A stretch of DNA of 64,000 nucleotides from Bacteriovoracaceae bacterium (GTDB lineage: Bacteria > Bdellovibrionota > Bacteriovoracia > Bacteriovoracales > Bacteriovoracaceae): assembly GCA_965217035.1 (NCBI GenBank), contig OZ244226.1, forward strand, positions 1,284,146 through 1,348,145. The letters are read 5' to 3'. Under the pieces are notes generated by a model, which ran no database searches, was not told the origin of the DNA, and was given only the letters and a program-made list of their open reading frames with translations. The position numbers and the translations under genes were made by a program. Every line of letters starts with the position of its first letter. Position 1 is the first letter of the stretch. Positions 48,054-57,356 of the stretch are shown here, one piece after another.

Positions 48054-48250
48054 TGTTTTTCTGCTTCCTTATTCCTTTTCTTGAAAGCTTTTTTAAACAA
48101 CAAGTAAAAAGGAATGTAAGTAAGAGCGATAAATACTGCTAGTATCCACCACGTATTTTTATCTGAAGCATCCGATGCGCCTGCACAATATGGGCAAGCC
48201 ATTACTTCGGCAGCCGTTAAGAATAGAAAAAAAAGTAAAAGCTTTCTCAT
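48050..48250 (-). CDS. Small exported CxxC membrane protein
   Basis: Signal peptide, CPYC, one TM, basic tail; abuts or overlaps both neighbours. Confidence 0.75.
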   Translation of the reverse strand: MRKLLLFFLFLTAAEVMACPYCAGASDASDKNTWWILAVFIALTYIPFYLLFKKAFKKRNKEAEKQ

Positions 48251-48862
48251 CTACAATAAATAGATAAACGTAAATACAAGAATCCAAACAAGATCGACAA
48301 AGTGCCAAAAGAGACCTAAAACCTCTAATCGCTTGTATTCTCCGTTATCATATTTTCCTTTATAAGCATTCACATACTCGCATATCAAATAAATAACACC
48401 TGACAGAACGTGAAGACCATGGAAGCCAGTAACCATATAAAAAGTTGAACCAAAAAGATTTTGTCCACCTATAAAGTGATCTAAAGTAATCCCAAGATGA
48501 ACAAGGTGTTGATACTCATAAACTTGAATACCAAGAAAAATCGCTCCACCTGTAATCGTTACAAGTAACCATCGGAGCATTTTTTCTCTATTCTTTAATC
48601 GACAGGCATCGATCGCTAAAACCATAGAAACAGAACTACAAATCAGAATAAAAGTTGCAATCGCTGATAGAGTAATTCCCAGGTGATCCGCTGGTGTTGG
48701 CCAATCTTTTGAGCCTCTTAAAACTGCGTAAGCAAGTAGAAATCCCGAAAACGACATCGCATCCGTAACAAGAAAAAGCCACATTGCAATTTTTCCAGGA
48801 GTTGCCTTCCCAAATTGTGGGTCAACATGATCTGGGTTTAAAAGTTTATATCCTGCTGCCAT
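48251..48862 (-). CDS. ctaE: Cytochrome c oxidase subunit III-like (copy 1)
   Basis: MWLFLVTD, TGFHGLHV, GLFWHFVDLVWILVF. Confidence 0.92.
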   Translation of the reverse strand: MAAGYKLLNPDHVDPQFGKATPGKIAMWLFLVTDAMSFSGFLLAYAVLRGSKDWPTPADHLGITLSAIATFILICSSVSMVLAIDACRLKNREKMLRWLLVTITGGAIFLGIQVYEYQHLVHLGITLDHFIGGQNLFGSTFYMVTGFHGLHVLSGVIYLICEYVNAYKGKYDNGEYKRLEVLGLFWHFVDLVWILVFTFIYLL

Positions 48863-48873
48863 AAACTAATTCC

Positions 48874-51708
48874 TTATTTGTATTGAGAAGATCCCTTCTT
48901 CTGACCAAGTTCAATAATATATTTTGTTAATGCATCTATTTGTTTCTTTGGATCATCTCCAAGAACTCCCTCAACCGCAGATTGCTGTCCTTCATCCCAG
49001 AACTGCGGCATTGGCGTATAATCTTGGATCGCAACCGGGTTTGTTAACCACTTCTTGATCCAGCTTGGTCTCAATCTTTCATGAGCATAATGAAGATTTG
49101 GTCCCTGAGCTTCTTCATTATTAAATCCACCTGTATGACAAGTGACACAAGCAAGTTCATTCCATAGCTTCACAGCAGCTTCTCTTTCACCTTTCTCCCA
49201 AACGACTTTCTTATCTTTATTGTAGAAAGTTTTTTGGCCAGCATCTTTTACAAAGTAATCAACGAGCTTATTGAGTTCATCTTCAGAGAAGTTGAATGAA
49301 GGCATTCTAATCTTAAGATAAGGTCGAATAGGCTTAACATTCTGAAAGAAAGTATGGAGCCAATCTGTATGAACTCTATGCCCTTCTTTAACAAGCCATG
49401 GAGGTCCAGCATTTTCATCATCTGCATAAGCAGGCTTGATCCATCCACCTTGCCCATCAATTTTATGACAGCCTTGGCAATTATATTTATTGGCAACCTT
49501 TCGGCCTTGTTCAGCAATAAGCTCTCTCTCGTTATAATTTTTCTTACCTGCCATCGGGATATAATCAGAAACTTGGCCGAGAAGGAAAGTCGTAATGTTT
49601 TCGATTTCAGCATCTTTTAAATAAAAGTTAGGCATTCTATTTAAATCTTTAAATGGTTTAGGTACACCAATATCCCACATTCTTGGGTTCTTTAAATGAG
49701 CTGAAAACCAATCATGCCTTGTATGCCCAACTTGCTTTTGTTGTCCGTAACCAAATTGATGAATTGGCTTACTTCCAACTTTAGTAAGATCTGGGCCAAT
49801 TGGTGGTCTATTCGGATCAAACCCATCGATATCATGACATGAATAACATCCATATTTACCAATTGTAATTCGGCCAAGCTCAATCGTTCTCTCTTTATCT
49901 GAAAGTTTTTCAATTTTTGCTTGCGCTGTTTTAATAGGAATAAAAGCTGAATAGTCTGCAACAAGAAGTTCGTCTCTGATCTTTTTGTCCATTTCCTGAA
50001 ACTTTAACTCAGCAAACTTTTTGTTTTTAGAATTTAGTAAATAAGTCGCAATATCGTTCGCTTCCTTATCAGAAAGTCTAAAAGAAGGCATGACTGTATC
50101 TACTTGATAATGAGAAGGTTTAATCAACCATGAAACAAGCCAGTCAGGGTCAACCTTGGAGCCAGTACCAACGAGATAAGGACCTCTCATATTTTTAACA
50201 TTGCTGTATGGTTCATCGATACCTTCAACTTGGTGACATCCAATACAACCAACAGTCTGGATAAGCTCTTTACCCTTCTCAGCATTTCCTTTTGTATACT
50301 TTTTAAAGGGCTTATAGTCTTTCGCTTTTGCAACCAGGTACTCAGCCATTGCATTAACTTCGACAATATTTTTCTTCATGAACTTTGGTTCACTATTATT
50401 AGATTGCCCAAAGAAAGCTGGCATTCGTGAGTTTGGATTAAAAGTATGAGGTGACCAAATCCAGTTTTTAATAAACTCTTTAGAGACTTTTGCATTAATC
50501 TTCAAGAGACTTGGTCCTGGCTTTTTAAGGTGCTCCCAACCTTCAATCTTATGACATCCGTAACATCCGTAAGATTGAACAAGTTCTTTACCTCTATTAA
50601 GTTTATCTCCCATAACCACTCGAGACTCAGCACTATGGCATTTTGTACAAGAAGCGTAAGAGTACTTACTTGGTAGCATGGTAATAGGAACCTTATGAGG
50701 TTCATGCCAATTATATTTTTTCTCCCATTCCTTTTGTTGTGCCATATCGTTCGGCATGTGAGCAGGAGCATTGAAGTCATTGACTCTGTGTCCTTCTCCA
50801 CCGTGACATGATGTACATCCAAACTTCTTAATTGGGTGAGCTGAATTTACACCAGCTGCAAGTGTATTAACCTTAGGATGTGTTCGATAAGGTTGTGGCT
50901 TATCTTCATAGCCAGGTTGATCAATAAACATGTGACACGTTGTACACCGATCAACTTTTTTAGTTTGAACGAAATATCGATCATCTGTAAGATTATCAAG
51001 AACAATTTGTTGAATTTTTACTGTTGGATCAAGGTAATCAATAAAAGGAGCATTTCTTAAGAAGAAAATAGGATCTTTTGCAGTCATTTTCTTTGCAACT
51101 AAAAGACGCTCTTTCGCTCCAGTGATTTGGCTTGATTTTTTCTCCAAGGCTGCAACTTCACCTCGAATTGTTTTTATCTGATCTTTAATTTTTTGTTCTT
51201 GCTCTTGGAAAGTTTTAAGGTCATCTTTCCCTGCTTCGAAAAGAGCTTTTTGCTCTTCCATTTTCTTTTTGTATGGAGCAGCCTTCTTAAGCTCTTTATC
51301 CATTTTATAATGCTCATACTTGAACTGATATTCTCCGGCGAGTGCTCCATGAGTACCATTCGTCATATTTTGAACATAGATATTTTTTTCAACTTTCGTG
51401 AGTTCTTCTTCAAGAGCTTTCAACTCACCTTGTTTTGCCTCAACTTCTTTTTTTGCTTTTTCAAGATCAGCGTTAATTTTTTCAAGCTCTTCTTTATCAA
51501 TACTTTTTTCTTCCTCGATAATTTTCTCAGCTAGTACCTGCTCTTTAACTTCGAAACCTTTCATCTGAACAGCTTTCCAAGGACGAATATAATCGTCTAA
51601 AACCATCCAGATAGTTGTCAGCAAGAATAGGACTGAAAAAACAGCAAAAAGTTTATTTAAAAACTTTGTATTATAAGCCATTCCTGGTTCATGTTTTTTA
51701 TCACTCAT
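48874..51708 (-). CDS. Membrane-anchored octaheme cytochrome c
   Basis: N-terminal TM, long coiled coil, eight CxxCH: CTTCH, CTSCH, CTKCH, CYGCH, CIGCH, CYSCH, CQGCH, CVTCH. Confidence 0.92.
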   Translation of the reverse strand: MSDKKHEPGMAYNTKFLNKLFAVFSVLFLLTTIWMVLDDYIRPWKAVQMKGFEVKEQVLAEKIIEEEKSIDKEELEKINADLEKAKKEVEAKQGELKALEEELTKVEKNIYVQNMTNGTHGALAGEYQFKYEHYKMDKELKKAAPYKKKMEEQKALFEAGKDDLKTFQEQEQKIKDQIKTIRGEVAALEKKSSQITGAKERLLVAKKMTAKDPIFFLRNAPFIDYLDPTVKIQQIVLDNLTDDRYFVQTKKVDRCTTCHMFIDQPGYEDKPQPYRTHPKVNTLAAGVNSAHPIKKFGCTSCHGGEGHRVNDFNAPAHMPNDMAQQKEWEKKYNWHEPHKVPITMLPSKYSYASCTKCHSAESRVVMGDKLNRGKELVQSYGCYGCHKIEGWEHLKKPGPSLLKINAKVSKEFIKNWIWSPHTFNPNSRMPAFFGQSNNSEPKFMKKNIVEVNAMAEYLVAKAKDYKPFKKYTKGNAEKGKELIQTVGCIGCHQVEGIDEPYSNVKNMRGPYLVGTGSKVDPDWLVSWLIKPSHYQVDTVMPSFRLSDKEANDIATYLLNSKNKKFAELKFQEMDKKIRDELLVADYSAFIPIKTAQAKIEKLSDKERTIELGRITIGKYGCYSCHDIDGFDPNRPPIGPDLTKVGSKPIHQFGYGQQKQVGHTRHDWFSAHLKNPRMWDIGVPKPFKDLNRMPNFYLKDAEIENITTFLLGQVSDYIPMAGKKNYNERELIAEQGRKVANKYNCQGCHKIDGQGGWIKPAYADDENAGPPWLVKEGHRVHTDWLHTFFQNVKPIRPYLKIRMPSFNFSEDELNKLVDYFVKDAGQKTFYNKDKKVVWEKGEREAAVKLWNELACVTCHTGGFNNEEAQGPNLHYAHERLRPSWIKKWLTNPVAIQDYTPMPQFWDEGQQSAVEGVLGDDPKKQIDALTKYIIELGQKKGSSQYK

Positions 51709-51722
51709 TTCTCATAAACCTC

Positions 51723-52841
51723 TTAGATATTAAACTCGAACTCAGGCATAAACACTAAGTACTTCAAGTTAATAAACCATCGTAAATACATTTTTATCGG
51801 CATAGTCATCATCATTAAAACAAGCATTAATAAAATACTGTATCGAATATAACCCATGCTTTTTAAGTAACCTCTAAGTTGACCACCGTTTAACAACTTT
51901 CCAAATCTCCCTTTGAAGTTAAAAAGTTTTTTCGTTAAGTAAAATGGTGTTGCTACAAAATAAATTGCAACTAATGCAAGACCAAGCCATTCACGAAGAA
52001 CAATACTTTTTGGTAATGGCATATTTAACCATTGAATCCAAAAAATCTCTGAAAGGTTAATATTGTTAGCTGCAACAACCTTGTGAGCATCCCAATATTC
52101 AAACGGACCATAGAAAGTCCAGTTTGGTCCTCTTAAGAAAGTTCCAATAATGATGAGGAAAATCCAAAGAACAAGCCAACCAAACATGAATGAAGAAATT
52201 GCAAACTTTCTTTCTTCGAAGCAATAGTAGCCATTTCCTTTAGGGTTCATGTCAATATACGGAATCGCAATAAGGCCAACAATGATAAGGCCTGGAAGTA
52301 CAACCCCTGCCATCCAAGGATCAAAATAAACAAGCATTTCTTGAAGACCAAGAAAATACCAAGGAGCTTTCGCTGGGTTTGGTGCCCATGTTGGGTTTGC
52401 AGGCTCCTCTAATGGTGCCTTAAAAAGAATCGACCAAACAACAAGAAAAGCCGTTCCTAAAATAATCGTAAAAAGCTCAGTGTAAACAAGGTTAGGCCAT
52501 GCCCAAACTTTCTCGCGATTTTCTGGTGTTCCCTCAAGAGGTGGTCCACCTGCTTCAATTCTAATATCATTGTTAACGGCTTTATAAATTGAATACCAAG
52601 TTAACCAACCCATAGAAATGAGAAGAATTGAAATCGGAATATTATCTGGCCAAGTAATAATGGCCCAAAAGTTTTTGTCCTGCGCAGCCCAAACTGTAAA
52701 CAGAGTTGTTGCACCTGTCATGATCCAAAAAAACTTTTTTGAACCCACAAATCGGATGTATTTTATTGCAAGAAAAAATAAAACGATAACAATCGAGAAA
52801 GAGTAAATTGGATCTGCAATGAGGTTGATTAATGATTTCAT
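51723..52841 (-). CDS. Cytochrome b C-terminal subunit (subunit IV/PetD/QcrC-like) with extra TMs
   Basis: WPNL, APLEEPANP...PNPAKAPWYF, PYID. Confidence 0.85.
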   Translation of the reverse strand: MKSLINLIADPIYSFSIVIVLFFLAIKYIRFVGSKKFFWIMTGATTLFTVWAAQDKNFWAIITWPDNIPISILLISMGWLTWYSIYKAVNNDIRIEAGGPPLEGTPENREKVWAWPNLVYTELFTIILGTAFLVVWSILFKAPLEEPANPTWAPNPAKAPWYFLGLQEMLVYFDPWMAGVVLPGLIIVGLIAIPYIDMNPKGNGYYCFEERKFAISSFMFGWLVLWIFLIIIGTFLRGPNWTFYGPFEYWDAHKVVAANNINLSEIFWIQWLNMPLPKSIVLREWLGLALVAIYFVATPFYLTKKLFNFKGRFGKLLNGGQLRGYLKSMGYIRYSILLMLVLMMMTMPIKMYLRWFINLKYLVFMPEFEFNI

Positions 52842-52859
52842 GAAATTCCTTTTCTCTCC

Positions 52860-53642
52860 CTACAATGGCGCAGAGATACCTCCATCTTTTCTAACTCGCC
52901 AAAAATGAACAGCAATAAGTCCTGCGACAACAACTGGAATAAAAACACAGTGAAGAATATAGAATCTTAGAAGTGCTGCTTCACCAACAAATCGTCCACC
53001 GAGTAATTGAAACCGAACATCGTTTTTATCAGAGACAAGAACAAAGTCACCAATCTTAGCAAGGTTAGCTCCCGGTCCCCCATGACCTAGAAAAGGAGTA
53101 GCCTTTGCCATGTTTGATCCAACCGCGATCGCCCAAATAGCAAGCTGATCCCAAGGAAGTAGGTATCCCGTAAATGATAGAAGCATCGTAAGAACGAGAA
53201 GAATAACTCCAACTCCCCAATTGAATTCTCTTGGTGGCTTGTATGATCCCGTCATAAAAACTCGGAACATATGAAGCCACACAGTGATAACCATTGCGTG
53301 TGCTCCCCAACGATGAAGTTCTCGCATAATCCCCAGAGGTACGTGCTCCCTAAGTGCAATGATATCGTTGTATGCATATTCCGCTGTTGGACGGTAATAG
53401 AACATTAAAAGAATTCCTGTCACTGTTAGAGCCAAGAATACAAAAAACGTTAATCCACCCATACACCATGTGTAGCCTAACTGAACCCCAGATTTTTTCA
53501 ATTTGATTGGATGAAGGTGAAGAAAAACGTTACCAGCAATAACAGAAGCTCTGTTTCTTGCGTTCGTTGGTGGACCATGTCTGAAAATTGATTTCCAGAC
53601 CTGTGTATTCGCTACCTTTTTAGCAAAACTATCTTTAGACAT
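52860..53642 (-). CDS. petB: Cytochrome b N-terminal subunit (b6-like)
   Basis: [20 protein letters not shown]...[25 protein letters not shown]-x14-H, GISAPL. Confidence 0.93.
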   Translation of the reverse strand: MSKDSFAKKVANTQVWKSIFRHGPPTNARNRASVIAGNVFLHLHPIKLKKSGVQLGYTWCMGGLTFFVFLALTVTGILLMFYYRPTAEYAYNDIIALREHVPLGIMRELHRWGAHAMVITVWLHMFRVFMTGSYKPPREFNWGVGVILLVLTMLLSFTGYLLPWDQLAIWAIAVGSNMAKATPFLGHGGPGANLAKIGDFVLVSDKNDVRFQLLGGRFVGEAALLRFYILHCVFIPVVVAGLIAVHFWRVRKDGGISAPL

Positions 53643-53654
53643 ATCTACCTCAAC

Positions 53655-54152
53655 CTACACATTCAAAAAGGCATCTGGATAACTCCATTCACCTTTTTCA
53701 TAACGAAAGATTTTTGTTTTATCGACTATGATTCTACCTTGAGCATCAAGGCTAACTTTATAACGTTCTAAGGGCCGCGGGGCTGGACCTTCAAAATTAA
53801 TTCCATTCGCATAATAGCCAGAACCGTGGCATGGGCATTTATACTTCCTCTCGGCTGGCAACCAAGTAGGAACACAACCTAAGTGAGTACAAATATTTGA
53901 AAGCGCTACTAATTTCCCTTCATTTTTATAAATCCAAACACCGAAAACATCTTTCCATCTTTCATCAACACCATCGTTGAAATCATCTGGAGTTCCAGCA
54001 ATGAAATCCATTGCAGGCTCAAAAACAACATTTGGATAAAGGAATCTAAAAATGAGAGAGAGCATTCCGCCTGCTGCTGCAGCAAAAGTTATCCACCCAA
54101 TAGATAGGTAACTAAAGAATTCTCTTCGATTGATGTTCTGTCTTGTCGCCAT
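53655..54152 (-). CDS. petC: Rieske 2Fe-2S subunit of a cytochrome bc complex
   Basis: Tat motif NRREF, CTHLGC, CPCHGSGY, GPAPRPL. Confidence 0.95.
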   Translation of the reverse strand: MATRQNINRREFFSYLSIGWITFAAAAGGMLSLIFRFLYPNVVFEPAMDFIAGTPDDFNDGVDERWKDVFGVWIYKNEGKLVALSNICTHLGCVPTWLPAERKYKCPCHGSGYYANGINFEGPAPRPLERYKVSLDAQGRIIVDKTKIFRYEKGEWSYPDAFLNV

Positions 54153-54282
54153 ATTCACGTACCTCTGACGCTTAACTTTTGAAATTGAATAGTCCTCAAT
54201 TTATAAAGACTTAATTCGCTTTCTACAACTAATTTATTTGCTGTAAACGGGGGTTTTCAGTTATCCACATTATCGTGTAATT

Positions 54283-55119
54283 TCAGGGTTTTTTCAACTC
54301 TATTAGAAGTTGTTTGGCCCGTGTTTTGATCACTAATCCGACGTTTGATTGATACAAAGATTCGATAAAATTTAGAACTTCTTTATTCAAATTTTTTGAT
54401 TTTTCTAAAGCTGCTAGGGCATTCAATTGCAAAGCCTGAACTTGAGACTCATCATAGTTTTCACCCGGAGTCAGCATAAAAACTTCCTTGACGATAGGCA
54501 GCGCACTTTCATCACCAAAAGCCAAAACTCCGGAAGCTGCACTATAACTGATTATCTGGTTTGCCGAAGCCATTAGTGTCAACATTTTTTGTTTTGACTG
54601 GATCTGATTATGATTAATAAGAGCAAGAATCGCAACTTGAACGAGACCTTCATCTTTGCTCGAAAGCATTTCAACCATTGGTTCGAAATCAATACCTTCT
54701 GATGATTCAAGGTTACCGATCGCCATCACTGAACTAAACAAAACTTTTTCATCATCTTCAGTGAGGGCCTTATTAAAAACGCGAGCCCTTCCTGGATGAC
54801 TCAGTGCACCTAAAGCAAGGATGATAAAGTTTTTTGTTCTCGGATCTGGCGACTCATCGTAGACAGTCGAGAGTTGATCAACTAACCAGGGGATATCTTC
54901 TTCGGGAATTTGAGAACTAGAAATATATTTAGAAAGCTCATAAGCCGCAACCCAGCGGTTTCCGAAGGTTTTTGAATGTAATTCTTCAACAAGTCTTTTA
55001 TAACCTGTATCCGAACTCAGCATTTTTGTAATGGCCCAAATAATAAGGGCTCCGCCCAAAACGATTGCTATTGGAACTAAGATTCCTGAAACAGGCTTGT
55101 CTATTTCTTTTTCTGCCAT
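54283..55119 (-). CDS. Membrane-anchored HEAT-repeat protein
   Basis: N-terminal TM; repeated L.D.DE.V...A..AL units. Confidence 0.8.
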   Translation of the reverse strand: MAEKEIDKPVSGILVPIAIVLGGALIIWAITKMLSSDTGYKRLVEELHSKTFGNRWVAAYELSKYISSSQIPEEDIPWLVDQLSTVYDESPDPRTKNFIILALGALSHPGRARVFNKALTEDDEKVLFSSVMAIGNLESSEGIDFEPMVEMLSSKDEGLVQVAILALINHNQIQSKQKMLTLMASANQIISYSAASGVLAFGDESALPIVKEVFMLTPGENYDESQVQALQLNALAALEKSKNLNKEVLNFIESLYQSNVGLVIKTRAKQLLIELKKP

Positions 55120-55190
55120 AGAGTATTCCTCTTATTGGCTGGATTATGGTAGAAGGGTGAACACTAGTCAATTCATTACAGAGTTTATTA

Positions 55191-55742
55191 ATGGCGCACA
55201 TACTAAGACTTTTGTTAACAGTGATGTTATTTGGGATTCTTTTGATTATTGGATCAGCTCACGGTTATATCGCAGTTGAGTTTAGCCATATTCAAATGGC
55301 GATTCCCTTGATGATCTATCTTATTTTCGTAGAGGCTTTCGTCATGTTTTATTTCATTGGTGTCGCAAGACTGGTTGAAAACATTCACAACACCTTAACG
55401 ACCCAGGATAAAAATCAACTCCGAGAACTTTTTGAAGAACTTCCAGAAAATATGGAACCGTATATAAAGAAAGTAAATCGTTTTATCTATTCTTCAAAAT
55501 TGGCAAAAAGACAGACGATTCCTTGGACGGCCCTTATTCTTACACTCGGATCAATTGGTTTTTTACTCGGTGGAGCTCACCATACTGGCCTCGTAAGAAA
55601 GATTGTTCACTCAGGTGTGATCTATGGTTTTACGGCTGCTCTTCTTATTGGCTATTATAGACAATGGGTTCATCTTGGAAAAAACCATAAACTTCTTCGT
55701 GAACTCAAGTACTTATTCTCTTTACCTGACTCCTCAATGTAA
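55191..55742 (+). CDS. Hypothetical 4-TM membrane protein with several His
   Basis: Four hydrophobic segments; SAHG, FSHI, GAHH, IVHS. Confidence 0.65.
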   Translation: MAHILRLLLTVMLFGILLIIGSAHGYIAVEFSHIQMAIPLMIYLIFVEAFVMFYFIGVARLVENIHNTLTTQDKNQLRELFEELPENMEPYIKKVNRFIYSSKLAKRQTIPWTALILTLGSIGFLLGGAHHTGLVRKIVHSGVIYGFTAALLIGYYRQWVHLGKNHKLLRELKYLFSLPDSSM

Positions 55743-55790
55743 TTAACTCAAGTATTGGATTCTTATCCTTAATATGCCGATAAAAATTCC

Positions 55791-57356
55791 ATGAAACTTT
55801 TCTTATTTCTTTTTAGTTTTTCTTTAATAGCTCAAGAGTCCGACTATACAAAAGTTTATTCTAGTCTGAAGGAAATAACGATCTTTGAAGACATGGCCGA
55901 GAGTTCAAAGTTTAAAGCTTGTGTAAAACAACAGGGTTCTAGCTTAGAAAAAGAAATTGATGATGAGGAACTCGATAAGATCTCTAAATGCTTTCTCGGT
56001 TCAGTTTCCGATAAAGGAATACTCGCTCTCGAAAAAGATCTAGGACTTTCTCAACTTAAACTCGTTAAAGATAAAAAAGCTCCTATTATAAGAAGGTATC
56101 TTCATGATAGATTAATGAAAGGTCTTTATGGAGATTATGCTCTTAATCAAAGTCCCGAAATGAGAAGGAAAAGAAGTCTGAAGATCGTTGATCAAAAAAC
56201 TTTCTTGCACCTCTATCAAAACTACTTAGTAAATAATATTCACATGACTCAAGCTCGGTATTGCTTAAAGCGACAAGCCAAAAATTCTGATGGAAAATCA
56301 GAAACGAGAAAAATCGTAGAAGCCTTAGAAGAACTTCAAGGAAAAAACACTCTAAAAGGTTTATGGGCAAAATGTGATTCGGAGATAAGACAAACTCTTT
56401 GTACTGATCTTGAAGGAAAAGGAACTAAACTCAATTGGAATTCTGAAGATTTTGAGAAATCTATTTGTGCATTAAAAAAACGTTTAAGAGAATATCGAGA
56501 TGCTCTCTCAAGGGTTGAGAAAGGATTAAAGGCTTTTGAAGATGCAGGGGAAAGCCGCTATGCTTTTCAAGTCGAAGGAGTTGAAAACTACACCGGAAAA
56601 AACCCTGATGAAAAAAATATTCAATCACTTTCTAATTTAACATCTTATGATGCTTACAATGCTTTCCAACAAGAAAACCCAAGCTATTTTGAAAATCAAG
56701 TAAATGAATTCAATCAGTTTTGTAATGAACAAGCATTAGATGCAAAAAAATGTGCAAAAATGATTAATCAAAAAGATATGGAAAACTTTAATAAATTAAA
56801 ACTGTCTGTGATGACTGAATTCAATAGGAAAAAAGACAAACTCAAAGAGCTTGATAATAAAGATGAATTATTAAACTCTCTAGAGGTTAAACTTCTGACA
56901 GACAAAGAAAAAAGCCTTTTAAAAGGGCTTTCAAACCCGGAAGACATAAAAAAGCAACTTAATATTATTCTTGATAATTACAAAGTTTCCTTAGTTCATG
57001 AGCTAAATGAAAAGCTAAAGTCTAAAATGGCTTCAAACCAATCTCTTTCAAGTTCCAATGCCGTTGATGAAATCCGTTTTGGCCTTGAAAATCAAAAAGC
57101 AGCAATGATGGGAGTTTTCCAATTCCAGAATACAATTGCCCAGTATAATCAAGTTCGTGAAAAGGATACTAATAAAATCCTTGGAAACTATTCAGCTCCT
57201 ATTCAAGCTGAAGTCTCTGACCTTAATGAATTCCTAGAAGACAAAGATGCTCATAAATGGGTTAAAAATGAATCAGGAAGCTTTGAAGAAAAAGGCATTA
57301 TAGACCGACCTGGTGAAGATTTTTATAACAGCCTCTTCACTACAGGATCTAAATAG
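55791..57356 (+). CDS. Hypothetical secreted helical protein
   Basis: Signal peptide; several Cys; Lys/Glu-rich helices. Confidence 0.65.
   Translation: MKLFLFLFSFSLIAQESDYTKVYSSLKEITIFEDMAESSKFKACVKQQGSSLEKEIDDEELDKISKCFLGSVSDKGILALEKDLGLSQLKLVKDKKAPIIRRYLHDRLMKGLYGDYALNQSPEMRRKRSLKIVDQKTFLHLYQNYLVNNIHMTQARYCLKRQAKNSDGKSETRKIVEALEELQGKNTLKGLWAKCDSEIRQTLCTDLEGKGTKLNWNSEDFEKSICALKKRLREYRDALSRVEKGLKAFEDAGESRYAFQVEGVENYTGKNPDEKNIQSLSNLTSYDAYNAFQQENPSYFENQVNEFNQFCNEQALDAKKCAKMINQKDMENFNKLKLSVMTEFNRKKDKLKELDNKDELLNSLEVKLLTDKEKSLLKGLSNPEDIKKQLNIILDNYKVSLVHELNEKLKSKMASNQSLSSSNAVDEIRFGLENQKAAMMGVFQFQNTIAQYNQVREKDTNKILGNYSAPIQAEVSDLNEFLEDKDAHKWVKNESGSFEEKGIIDRPGEDFYNSLFTTGSK

Noticed and set aside
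48874..51708. Octaheme protein as HAO/ONR/OTR enzyme or alternative complex III ActA
   Set aside because: Heme spacing shows five separate His/Met class I domains with no CxxCK, and there are no ActB/ActC genes.
54261..54269. Perfect DnaA box TTATCCACA upstream of the Rieske gene, as an origin or DnaA-regulated site
   Set aside because: Single copy with no cluster or unwinding element; about one chance hit is expected in 64 kb at this base composition.
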